Source: a bacterium (lineage in GTDB: Bacteria; Patescibacteriota; Dojkabacteria; JAKAPS01; JAJZLI01). From it: a DNA stretch of 64,000 bases. The stretch is taken from positions 199,096 to 263,095 of the forward strand of contig JAJYFR010000001.1 of assembly GCA_021785355.1 (NCBI GenBank), in the 5' to 3' direction. The notes beneath the pieces were generated by a model that saw only the letters and a list, made by a program, of their open reading frames with translations, ran no database searches and was not told where the DNA came from. Positions 1 to 8,723 of this stretch are shown here, in pieces. The position numbers and the translations under genes were made by a program. Numbering within the stretch: the stretch's first letter is position 1; each line of letters opens with the position of its first letter.

Positions 1-1
1 A

Positions 2-976
2 GAACAAATTATAGAGAAGAATAGTAAATTATATATATTCATTGATGAAATACAATATTTAGATGATCCTTCCAAATTTCTTAAGTTGATGGTAGATCAT
101 CACAAATATATAAAACTTATTGTCTCAGGATCATCTAGTTTTGATATAAAATCTAAATTTTCAGATTCTTTAGTTGGAAGAACTATTAATTTTGATATTT
201 TTAACCTTTCTTTTAATGAGTTTTTAAGATTTAAAAATGTAAATTATAATCTAAATAAGTTATCTGATATACACCTAGAAAAAGTGATTAAACTATATAA
301 AGAATATGTTCTTTACGGTGGATACCCACAAATAGTTTTAGAAAATTCAATAGAAAAAAAAGAGAGATATCTGCAACAAATAATAGATACATATGTAAAA
401 AAAGATATAAGAGATCTGACTAATATAAAAGATATAAGAAAGTTTAATAATATATTAAAAATATTAGCACAACAAACAGGGAATTTATTAAATGTTAATA
501 CATTATCGGTAAGTTGTGGGATTTCAAAAGAAACAATTGAAAATTATCTGTTTATACTTGAAAATACATATATTATTAAATTAGTCCCACCATTTAGTAC
601 AAATGCAAAAATAGAAGTGATAAAAGCTCCCAAAATATTTTTTTATGATACTGGATTATTACAACTACTTTGGTTAAAAACTTTACAAAAAACAATATTG
701 GGAAATGTTTTTGAAACAAGTATATTTTCTGAACTTGTAAAAAAATATGGATTTGAAAATATCAATTATTGGAGAACAAAAAATCAAGAAGAAATAGATT
801 TTATCCTCACAAAGAAAGGTGAGATTATTCCGATCGAAGTAAAGATGGGGTTCAATTTGTTAAAGAAATCATCCCTTCAATTGTTTATTAATAAATATAA
901 TTCTCAAGAATATAAAATTGTAGGGCTAAACAAAATAAGAGAGGTGGAGAATTTTATTTATCCTTGGGATTTATAA
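2..976 (+). CDS. AAA+ ATPase (AAA_14 type) with C-terminal DUF4143 domain; 5' end lies outside the window
   Basis: Frame is open from base 2 and includes Walker B IFIDEIQY upstream of the ORF-track start; also SGSSS, GGYP, K-x-F-F-Y-D-T-G-L and C-terminal EIDF...PIEVK motifs. Confidence 0.85.
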   Translation, partial: EQIIEKNSKLYIFIDEIQYLDDPSKFLKLMVDHHKYIKLIVSGSSSFDIKSKFSDSLVGRTINFDIFNLSFNEFLRFKNVNYNLNKLSDIHLEKVIKLYKEYVLYGGYPQIVLENSIEKKERYLQQIIDTYVKKDIRDLTNIKDIRKFNNILKILAQQTGNLLNVNTLSVSCGISKETIENYLFILENTYIIKLVPPFSTNAKIEVIKAPKIFFYDTGLLQLLWLKTLQKTILGNVFETSIFSELVKKYGFENINYWRTKNQEEIDFILTKKGEIIPIEVKMGFNLLKKSSLQLFINKYNSQEYKIVGLNKIREVENFIYPWDL

Positions 977-1102
977 TAATAATTCAATATTAAATTCATT
1001 CTGGTCATAGTACATACCTATTGGCATTTGCAATGGGGTTATCGCATCTGGTGGGAGACCGTAGAAGATATTCTAACTTTTAAAATAAATATAATTTAGA
1101 AT

Positions 1103-1332
1103 TTATTTATAAACTTCATCATGTGTCTCTATATCATATACAATAATTGTATCTTTAGATACTTCTCTATATATTAATCTCATGTTATATTCTATAAAAA
1201 TTGCTTTTAGTCTTTTTAAATTCCATTTTAAATAATGATTTTTTAAACTTGGATGTTCTGGATTATCAATGAATATATTCCATTTCTTATCAAAGGAGTC
1301 TTTGAATCTTCTATTCTTCAGAATAACTTTTC
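1103..1332 (-). pseudogene. 5'-truncated RelE/YafQ-family toxin
   Basis: Manual translation RKVILKNRRFKDSFDKKWNIFIDNPEHPSLKNHYLKWNLKRLKAIFIEYNMRLIYREVSKDTIIVYDIETHDEVYK* resembles the toxin at 6724..6987 (PSLKVHKLKG...DIGTHDEVYR); no ATG/GTG/TTG start upstream in frame. Confidence 0.8.
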
Positions 1333-1500
1333 TGTATGCGTTACATAGATATGAGACTTTGGATGTAAATTCAGTATAAAATTTATAGGTGATAAATAAT
1401 TTATACCTGAATGTACTCTGTCTGTATTGTACCAGATTAGAGGATCTATTAAATTCTTATTGAAATTTAATAAATCTGATGCTAAGCAGTCCAGAATGTT
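1333..1500 (-). mobile_element. IS481/IS3-type (rve integrase core) transposase C-terminal remnant with probable IS end
   Basis: Minus-strand translation LDCLASDLLNFNKNLIDPLIWYNTDRVHSGINYLSPINFILNLHPKSHIYVTHT has the WYN-x-x-R-x-H-x-x-I-x-x-x-SP C-terminal pattern; the segment ends in ...ACA (TGT at 1333 on +), like an IS481 terminus; left boundary approximate. Confidence 0.7.
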
Positions 1501-1521
1501 TTGTAACTTACCAGGTTTTTT

Positions 1522-1595
1522 TGCTCTCGGCAGGACTCGAACCTGCAGTCTTCTCCTTAGAAGGGAGTTGCTTTATCCTATTAAGCTACGAAAGC
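1522..1595 (-). tRNA. tRNA-Arg(TCT)
   Basis: Cloverleaf GCTTTCG...CGAGAGC-A, anticodon loop CT-TCT-AA, T-loop GTTCGAGTC. Confidence 0.95.
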
Positions 1596-1597
1596 AT

Positions 1598-1675
1598 TGG
1601 GGTAAATGGTGGGATTTGAACCCACGACCTACCGCTCCACAGGCAGTCGCTCTAACCAACTGAGCTACATTTACC
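1598..1675 (-). tRNA. tRNA-His(GTG) with encoded G-1 and CCA
   Basis: G-GTAAATG...CATTTAC-C-CCA, anticodon loop CT-GTG-GA, GTTCAAATC. Confidence 0.95.
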
Positions 1676-1702
1676 AAAGAACTTAATTATTTTATCATAT
1701 TA

Positions 1703-2278
1703 TTATATTTTTATACTATTCCCTACCCTGATATTATTTTTTTCTACAAAACTTGGGTTTACTTCTATTACATATTTTGAATTATATTTTGGCTTATATA
1801 ATAAACATTTATTACTTGTACACGGAATAGCTTTTATAATTTCTACTATCTTATAGTTTGAAGATATAAATAACATATCCAAAGGTATGTAAGTATATGC
1901 CATCCAAAATGTATGAATACTATTATGGTTAAATGTAAATAACATACTTTGTTTTTCTTCAAGATTAGTATCTTTCATTAAGCCTACTTCTTGTTCTAGG
2001 GTCGTAGTTGCTAGATTTGTAGATAAAACATTTTTTCCTATATAGATATTTATAATTTTCTCTTGAGATCTAATTTCTTGAGCTTTTTGTTTTGTTACTT
2101 GTACAGAATTATTTATATTTAAATATAAAGAGGGAGTATGTTTTGTATTATTTTGTGTTACTTTTGTTTTTTGAGGTTGAAATAAATATATTATACCTAT
2201 TCCAATAAGTATAAATAAAGATGGATATATAAAATATCTAGAAAGTGTGAAATAAAAATTTTTATCTTTTATATCCAT
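1703..2278 (-). CDS. Membrane-anchored DUF192 family protein
   Basis: N-terminal TM; A-x(8)-GLM, MLF-x-F, FWMAYTYIPLDMLFI, YVIEVN motifs. Confidence 0.85.
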   Translation of the reverse strand: MDIKDKNFYFTLSRYFIYPSLFILIGIGIIYLFQPQKTKVTQNNTKHTPSLYLNINNSVQVTKQKAQEIRSQEKIINIYIGKNVLSTNLATTTLEQEVGLMKDTNLEEKQSMLFTFNHNSIHTFWMAYTYIPLDMLFISSNYKIVEIIKAIPCTSNKCLLYKPKYNSKYVIEVNPSFVEKNNIRVGNSIKI

Positions 2279-2314
2279 ATATAAATCATATTATAACAAA
2301 TCTAATTTTTTTAT

Positions 2315-2343
2315 TTGACATTTTCTTTAAATTATTTTACTCT
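2315..2343 (+). promoter_or_regulatory. Putative sigma70 promoter of pyrG operon
   Basis: TTGACA (2315-2320), 17-bp spacer, TACTCT (2338-2343), 12 nt before ATG. Confidence 0.55.
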
Positions 2344-2355
2344 CATAAGTTAATT

Positions 2356-3966
2356 ATGAAGTTAATTTTTATTTCTGGAGGAGTAATATCAGGTATAGGA
2401 AAAGGCATTAGTGCTGCTTCAATAGGGTTACTCCTTGAAAAACACTCATTAAAAGTCTCTTTTTTGAAATGTGATCCTTACATAAATATAGATGCTGGAA
2501 CTATGAATCCGGTAGAACATGGTGAAGTCTTTGTAACTGATGATGGATATGAGATGGATATGGATGCAGGTCATTATGAGAGGTTTATGGATATAACAAT
2601 ATCTCATAAAAACTCTATAACTACAGGGCAAATTTATTCTCAAGTAATACAAAATGAAAGAAATTTAAAATATGATGGAGCTTGTGTTGAAGTTATACCA
2701 CATGTTAGAGATGAAATTATAAGGAGAATAAAAGAAGCTTATAAAGGAAGTGATCTTTTAATAATAGAAATTGGAGGTACAATAGGAGAATATCAGAATG
2801 ATATATATTATGAGGCAGAAAGATACTTAAAACAGATATTAAAGGATGATTTGGTACATATACATATAAGTTATCTTCCTATACCAAGTAGTATAGGAGA
2901 AATGAAAACTAAGCCTACTCAGCAATCTGTTATATTATTAAATCAAAGGGGAATTTTTCCTAATATAATTATTGGTAGATCACAAGAGCATATAGATACA
3001 CCTAGAAGAAAGAAGATTGCAATTGCAACAAATGTATCAGATGAAAATATTTTTTCTAATATGGATGTGAGTAGTATATATAAAGTTCCGATCCAATTTT
3101 ATGATCAGAAATTAGACCTTAAGATATTAGAATTATTAAATATAAAGGGGAAGAAAATTAATTTTGAAGATTGGGAGAATTTTGTTTCAAAAATTGAATC
3201 AAAACCCAAGAGTATACTTAATATAGGTATAGTATCTAAATATCATAATAGCGGTAAATTTTCATTAGAGGACTCATATGTTTCTGTTATAGAATCAATT
3301 AAAATTGCATGTTGGGAGAGTGGAGTCGGCTTTAATATTATATGGGTTGATTCTGAGAATATAGATGAAAAAGAGTTAGAAAAGTGTGATTCATTTATTG
3401 TTCCTGGAGGTTTTGGTACTAGGGGTATAGAAGGCAAGATTAAAGCTATACAATATGCAAGAGAAAATAAAAAACCATATTTGGGTTTATGTTTAGGAAT
3501 GCAACTTGCTGCAGTTGAATTTGCTCGTAATGTATGTGGAATAAAAGATGCAACTTCTGAAGAAATAGATATAAAGTCTAAAAATAAAATAATTCATATA
3601 ATGCCAGATCAGGAGAAAAAATTATTAAATAAAGATTATGGAGCTAGTATGAGATTAGGATTGTGGGAGTGTGTTTTAGATAAAAAGAGCAGAGCTTATA
3701 AAGCATATAAAAAAGATGTTATAAAAGAAAGGCATAGACATAGATATGAATTTAATAATGATTATAAAGAAATATTTGAAAGTAAAGGTATGTTATTTTC
3801 AGGCAGATCTCCAGAGGGAGAATTAGTAGAAATAATGGAATTAAAAGAACATCCATTTTTTATAGGAGTTCAATTTCATCCAGAATTTAAGACCAGACCT
3901 CTTATACCCCATCCCCTATTTTTAGAATTTATATTATCTACAATAAAAAATAATGGTACTATCTGA
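2356..3966 (+). CDS. pyrG: CTP synthase
   Basis: GGVISGIGKG, KCDPYINIDAGTMNPVEHGEVFV, GATase GLCLGMQ, RHRHRYE, FHPEF. Confidence 0.98.
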   Translation: MKLIFISGGVISGIGKGISAASIGLLLEKHSLKVSFLKCDPYINIDAGTMNPVEHGEVFVTDDGYEMDMDAGHYERFMDITISHKNSITTGQIYSQVIQNERNLKYDGACVEVIPHVRDEIIRRIKEAYKGSDLLIIEIGGTIGEYQNDIYYEAERYLKQILKDDLVHIHISYLPIPSSIGEMKTKPTQQSVILLNQRGIFPNIIIGRSQEHIDTPRRKKIAIATNVSDENIFSNMDVSSIYKVPIQFYDQKLDLKILELLNIKGKKINFEDWENFVSKIESKPKSILNIGIVSKYHNSGKFSLEDSYVSVIESIKIACWESGVGFNIIWVDSENIDEKELEKCDSFIVPGGFGTRGIEGKIKAIQYARENKKPYLGLCLGMQLAAVEFARNVCGIKDATSEEIDIKSKNKIIHIMPDQEKKLLNKDYGASMRLGLWECVLDKKSRAYKAYKKDVIKERHRHRYEFNNDYKEIFESKGMLFSGRSPEGELVEIMELKEHPFFIGVQFHPEFKTRPLIPHPLFLEFILSTIKNNGTI

Positions 3967-4501
3967 TGTTGATATAAGAAAAAGATTATCTAAGGATTTA
4001 AAAATTTCTCCTTTCTCAGAAGAATCGATACAGCCATCTTCATATGATTTGCATCTTGCATCTAAGTTTATTATATTTGATAATCATTTTACTGAAATTA
4101 TTGATGTAAAAGCTAAGAATACTAATTCTAAGATAGTAGATGTTAAGGATGAAGGTTATTTTTTAATACACCCTAATAATTTTATTTTAGGAGCAACTCA
4201 AGAAATTGTGAAAATACCTAATGATTTAGTTGCAAGGATAGAAGGAAAATCTTCTATTGGAAGATTAGGTTTAATAATACATGCAACTGCAGGCTATGTA
4301 GATCCTGGTTTTGAAGGGACACTTACTTTAGAAATGTTTAATCTTTCATCTCTTCCTATAAAGATATATGTCAATATGAAAATAGCTCAACTCTCATTTC
4401 TTGAAATGACATCTCCTTCTTCAAAAAAATATGGAGAATATAACAATAAATATCAAAATCAAATAGATCCTACAGAGAGTATGCTTTGGAAAGATTTTTG
4501 A
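3953..4501 (+). CDS. dcd: dCTP deaminase
   Basis: IQPSSYDLHL, EGKSSIGRLGL, AGYVDPGFEGTLTLE, KYQNQ. Confidence 0.95.
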   Translation: MVLSDVDIRKRLSKDLKISPFSEESIQPSSYDLHLASKFIIFDNHFTEIIDVKAKNTNSKIVDVKDEGYFLIHPNNFILGATQEIVKIPNDLVARIEGKSSIGRLGLIIHATAGYVDPGFEGTLTLEMFNLSSLPIKIYVNMKIAQLSFLEMTSPSSKKYGEYNNKYQNQIDPTESMLWKDF

Positions 4502-4521
4502 TTTTGATATATAATCTTTAT

Positions 4522-5754
4522 ATGCATCTTAAAGATAAGCAAGTATCCGATTTAATTGAGAAAGAAGAAAACAGGCAAATACATGTTATAAATCTTATAG
4601 CTTCTGAAAATTATGCAAGCAAAGATGTTAGAGAAGCTCAATCCTCTTTTTTTATAAATAAATATGCGGAAGGATATCCTAAGAAGAGATATTATTCTGG
4701 ATGTGAATATATTGATGAAGTAGAAAATTTAGCAATAGAAAGATGTAAGTCTCTATTTAATACTAAATTTGTTAATGTTCAGCCTCATAGTGGTTCTCAA
4801 GCTAATATGGCTGTATATTTTGGATTATTAAAACCTAAAGACAAAATACTTTCTTTATCTTTAGATCATGGGGGTCATTTAACTCATGGGTCTTCAGTAA
4901 ATTTTTCAGGTAATTTATTTAATTTTAAACACTATTTTCTTAATGATGAAGGATTTTTGGATTATTCCAAAATTGATAGTATTGCCAAAAAGTTCAAGCC
5001 TAAACTTATAATTGCAGGTGCAAGTTCTTATTCAAGATTTATTGATTTTAAAAAGTTTAGAGATATAGCAGATTCTGTAAATGCTTACCTACTTTCAGAT
5101 ATATCACATATCTCAGGCTTAATAGCATCATCTCTTCATCCTGATGCAATTAAACATTCACATATAGTTACTTCAACAACTCACAAAACATTAAGAGGTC
5201 CTAGAGGTGCTGTTATAATGTCAGATAATGAAGATATTTTTAAATTGGTCGAGAAATCAATTTTTCCAGGAATCCAAGGAGGGCCTCTTGAGAATGTTAT
5301 TGCTTCAAAAGCTATATCTTTTAAAGAAGCTTCTTCTGAATCTTTTAAAGAATATTCTAGAAGAGTAATACTCAATTCTAAAGCTTTCTGTGAAGCTTTA
5401 ACAATGAGAGGTTTTAACATTGTTTCAGGTGGTAGTGATAATCATTTATTTATAGTAGATTTAAGAAATTTTGAAATCAATGGAAAAGAAGCTCAAGATA
5501 TATTAGAAAAATATTCTATAAATGTTTCTAGATCTTTAGTTCCAAATGATACAGAAAAACCATGGATAACTAGTGGAATAAGATTAGGAACTCCAGCAGT
5601 ATCTTCTAGATATCTAAAAGAAAGAGAAATAGAAAAAATTGCAGATTATATTTTTTTTATTATTAAAAATAATAGAAATAAATTTGATGAAAGTTTAAAA
5701 AAAGAAATAGAAAAATTTATATCCCAATACCCTATCCCAGATTATTATGAATAA
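4522..5754 (+). CDS. glyA: Serine hydroxymethyltransferase
   Basis: LIASEN, NKYAEGYP, GGHLTHG, TTHKTLRGPRG; start moved to ATG 4522 (MHLKDKQ), which follows a TATAAT by 6 nt. Confidence 0.97.
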   Translation: MHLKDKQVSDLIEKEENRQIHVINLIASENYASKDVREAQSSFFINKYAEGYPKKRYYSGCEYIDEVENLAIERCKSLFNTKFVNVQPHSGSQANMAVYFGLLKPKDKILSLSLDHGGHLTHGSSVNFSGNLFNFKHYFLNDEGFLDYSKIDSIAKKFKPKLIIAGASSYSRFIDFKKFRDIADSVNAYLLSDISHISGLIASSLHPDAIKHSHIVTSTTHKTLRGPRGAVIMSDNEDIFKLVEKSIFPGIQGGPLENVIASKAISFKEASSESFKEYSRRVILNSKAFCEALTMRGFNIVSGGSDNHLFIVDLRNFEINGKEAQDILEKYSINVSRSLVPNDTEKPWITSGIRLGTPAVSSRYLKEREIEKIADYIFFIIKNNRNKFDESLKKEIEKFISQYPIPDYYE

Positions 5755-6541
5755 AATTTTTGATGGCAAAAAAGAATCTTTAAAAGTAAAAGAAGATTTA
5801 AAAAATAGATTAAAAAAGAATTTAAATATAGGCATAATACAATTAGGTGATGATGCGAACAGTAATATATTTATAAGGCAAAAGATTAATTTTGCTAAAG
5901 ATATAGGAGTAAATGTTAATTTATCTAAATTTCCAGAAGGGTATAAAGATTTAGGTAATATAATTGATGAATTTAATAAAGATAAAGAATTATCTGCATA
6001 TATCATACAATTACCTCTATTGGGTTATAAGAATTTGAATATTTTAAATAATATTAATGAGAATAAAGATATAGATTGTTTGAATAAGATTAATTATGCA
6101 AAAGTTTTAGTAGGAGAATACAGTTTTGCCCCAGGTGTTTTCAGAGCATTTTTATATATATTAAATCAAACAGATATATCTAAAGATATGAATATACTTA
6201 TTATAGGTGGAGGGTTTGTAGGAAGATTGATAGCTAACTATCTTATAAGTAATAATTATAATGTAACAGTATTAGACAAATATTCCAAAGATATATCTTT
6301 ATACTTAGGTATTTGTGATGTAATAATACTAGCAACAGGATTAAAGGAGCAGATAAAGAAAGAGCAGATAAAGAAAGATTCTTATATTATAAATATTGGA
6401 GCTTCTTCTGATTTTGAAGGAAATATTATATCTGGTATAGAAGATGATTGTATTGATAAGACTAAATTTTTTGTTCCATTAAAAGGTGGTATTGGACCTA
6501 TGACAGTTGCTATGCTTTTCTATAACTTATTATTCTTGTGA
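5747..6541 (+). CDS. folD: Methylenetetrahydrofolate dehydrogenase/cyclohydrolase (divergent)
   Basis: FDGK, IIQLPL, KDIDCL, GGIGPMTVAML; adjacent to glyA. Confidence 0.85.
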   Translation: MNKIFDGKKESLKVKEDLKNRLKKNLNIGIIQLGDDANSNIFIRQKINFAKDIGVNVNLSKFPEGYKDLGNIIDEFNKDKELSAYIIQLPLLGYKNLNILNNINENKDIDCLNKINYAKVLVGEYSFAPGVFRAFLYILNQTDISKDMNILIIGGGFVGRLIANYLISNNYNVTVLDKYSKDISLYLGICDVIILATGLKEQIKKEQIKKDSYIINIGASSDFEGNIISGIEDDCIDKTKFFVPLKGGIGPMTVAMLFYNLLFL

Positions 6542-6548
6542 TATTTCT

Positions 6549-6694
6549 TTTGACAACAATTATGTCCCTTTTGTCTTAAGAGAGTTTACTCCTTTAAGAC
6601 TATTTTGAGTATAGGTGATAACATAATAATCATTTGAGATATATTAAAAAACTTACAAGAGTAATATAAATCATACCATAATTTTGTTGTCAAA
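6549..6694. repeat. Intergenic segment bounded by imperfect inverted repeats, with an internal hairpin
   Basis: TTTGACAACAATTATG (6549-6564) versus CATAATTTTGTTGTCAAA (6677-6694); internal GTCTTAA...TTAAGAC hairpin at 6573-6600. Confidence 0.55.
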
Positions 6695-6723
6695 CCATGT
6701 AAAACATAGAGAGAATTTTATAT

Positions 6724-6987
6724 TCATCTATACACCTCATCGTGAGTACCTATATCAACAAGAGTAATTTTATTTTTATAAATATAAATTATTCTTAAAT
6801 CTTCTTCTACTGAAAAACTCCAATAATTACCATACTTACCTTTTAATTTATGAACTTTTAATGAAGGATTATTGATATCAGTCTTAAATAATTCAATCTT
6901 TAATAATATTCTTCTATATCTATTTATATCTTTCTTTTTATATCTATTAAGTTTTCGAAGACAAGATTTTTGAATCTTAATTTGCAT
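6724..6987 (-). CDS. Type II toxin, RelE/YafQ-like mRNA interferase
   Basis: 87 aa, basic; PSLKVHKLKG, WSFSV, LRIIY, DIGTHDEVY; overlaps upstream antitoxin. Confidence 0.9.
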   Translation of the reverse strand: MQIKIQKSCLRKLNRYKKKDINRYRRILLKIELFKTDINNPSLKVHKLKGKYGNYWSFSVEEDLRIIYIYKNKITLVDIGTHDEVYR

Positions 6988-7255
6988 CTATTGAATCTAC
7001 TAATTTATCTAATTCATCAATAGTACTAAAAGATTCTAATTCTCCTTTTTCACTAAGCAAGATAGCTTCTTCTACTGATTTATCAACCCTTTTAGATGCC
7101 ACATATTCAGGATATGTACTTTCTTTTATATCTGTATATAGAATGTTTTTAACATAAGTAGTTAAACTAAAACCCATTGACTGAGCTTTCTCAGTTAATA
7201 AGTCTTTTGTAATCTTAGGTATAGTTACTTTTATTTGACTAGTATTAGTATTCAT
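6977..7255 (-). CDS. Cognate antitoxin (RHH-like N-terminus, RelB/DinJ-like acidic C-terminus)
   Basis: 92 aa; QIKVTIP beta strand followed by two helices; acidic tail GELESFSTIDEL; directly upstream of the toxin. Confidence 0.8.
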   Translation of the reverse strand: MNTNTSQIKVTIPKITKDLLTEKAQSMGFSLTTYVKNILYTDIKESTYPEYVASKRVDKSVEEAILLSEKGELESFSTIDELDKLVDSIDAN

Positions 7256-7273
7256 ATTTTTATATTAATTAAA

Positions 7274-7309
7274 CACCAAAATTGTACCATAATTGGTGAC
7301 ATACATCAA
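7274..7309 (-). promoter_or_regulatory. TA operon promoter with overlapping palindromic operator
   Basis: Minus strand TTGATG-17bp-TACAAT with extended -10 TG; inverted repeat CACCAA(7274-7279)...TTGGTG(7293-7298) straddles the -10. Confidence 0.65.
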
Positions 7310-7426
7310 GATATTAAGTAGTATAAAGAAATATTGATTATATGTGTTTTGTAGTCTTAGTCTTTTCCAATTGAATAGAGTTTTATGTTAGAATATGGAT
7401 ATTTTAAATTTTTTATTTACTAAATT

Positions 7427-7458
7427 CCCCTAGTTCTTTCTTGATCTAGGGGTTTTTT
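7427..7458 (+). terminator. Intrinsic terminator-like hairpin
   Basis: CCCCTAG-12 nt-CTAGGGG followed by TTTTTT. Confidence 0.6.
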
Positions 7459-7625
7459 ATTGATATAGAATTAAAGATAATTTATACCATTTATCATATA
7501 TTAATCTAATTTTAGTGGATTGATATATTCTCTAACTTTAAAAACTCTTTTATGTATTATCTATATACCTTTAACTGATCACCATGTTTTGATCTTCACG
7601 CATTATAAATTTGAATGATAGTTTA

Positions 7626-8723
7626 CTATTCTTGTGATATTTCTTTTGAGATAATTAGAGCTGCATCTTTAGGTAATATTTCTTTTATATCAGTGTTATT
7701 TTTTAGAAGTTTTTCTATTAATTCTGAAAAATTATTAAATGTGAGATCTTTTTCTTTAATAATGTGAATATTATTGGAATAATTCTGAGCCATTTTTGCA
7801 TTATATATCTGATCTCCTTTATCCCCTATTTCTAAAGGTATAAAAATAGCCTTTTTATTTAATGCAAGTATTTCATATACTGTATTTGCACCACTTCTTC
7901 CTACTATTATATTAGAAATATTTAGAACCTCTCCTATTTCATTATCCCATATACCTTTATATATTAGATATTTTGAAGAATTTTCATGAGAGAGGGAATT
8001 TTTTATACTTATTGCTTTTGTAAAATCATCATATATCGTATTTGAACCTATTTGATGTATAAGGTTATATTTTTCTAAAAGTTTTTCTATATTATTAAAT
8101 ATAAACGTATTTATTAAATGAGATCCTTGATTACCTCCTGTTATATATATAATAGGATTATTATTTTCGAAATGTATATGTTCTGATTTATATTTAAAAA
8201 TTTCTTTTCTTAATATATTTCCAGAATATATAATTTTATTTTTATTTTTTATATATTCTTCACTCTCTTTCCACGATATAAATATTTTATCTGACATTTT
8301 AAAACTAATTTTGTCTGCAATTCCAGGTTTTATCGTTTGTATATGGGATAATATTTTTATATTGAGTAATTTTGCTGATATTATAACAGGAACTGATACA
8401 TAACTTCCAAAAGTAACAATTATATTAGGTTTGTATTTTAATATATAAAAGAAAGATTGTATAAATCCTAATGGAATTCTAATAAAGGAGATTAAACTTT
8501 CTAAACTAAGATATCTGTAAATCTTTCCAGTATATAGAGGTAGAAATTTTATATTATTATTTTTGCAAAATTCATATTCTTTGGAAAAAGATTTATCAAA
8601 TAATATTGTATGTTTTACCCCTATATAATATATATTGAGAGTATTACTATCTTTTATTTCTTCATATACTCCTAATGCAGGAGTGAAGTGTCCACCAACT
8701 ATAAAAACATTAGTTTTCTTCAT
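7626..8723 (-). CDS. murG: Lipid II GlcNAc transferase MurG
   Basis: GGHFTPA, FGSYVSVP, TGGNQGS, GRSGANT, DQ-x-x-NA; follows ftsW. Confidence 0.92.
   Translation of the reverse strand: MKKTNVFIVGGHFTPALGVYEEIKDSNTLNIYYIGVKHTILFDKSFSKEYEFCKNNNIKFLPLYTGKIYRYLSLESLISFIRIPLGFIQSFFYILKYKPNIIVTFGSYVSVPVIISAKLLNIKILSHIQTIKPGIADKISFKMSDKIFISWKESEEYIKNKNKIIYSGNILRKEIFKYKSEHIHFENNNPIIYITGGNQGSHLINTFIFNNIEKLLEKYNLIHQIGSNTIYDDFTKAISIKNSLSHENSSKYLIYKGIWDNEIGEVLNISNIIVGRSGANTVYEILALNKKAIFIPLEIGDKGDQIYNAKMAQNYSNNIHIIKEKDLTFNNFSELIEKLLKNNTDIKEILPKDAALIISKEISQE

Noticed and set aside
1447-1472. AT-only inverted repeat TATTAAATT/AATTTAATA as an operator
   Set aside because: Lies inside the transposase remnant and is expected by chance at this AT content
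1427-1663. 78-aa plus-strand ORF
   Set aside because: Antisense to tRNA-His, tRNA-Arg and the IS remnant; spurious
4499-6541. Alternative genetic code 25 (TGA=Gly) as in Gracilibacteria/SR1
   Set aside because: dcd and folD end at TGA at expected lengths and long genes are uninterrupted under code 11
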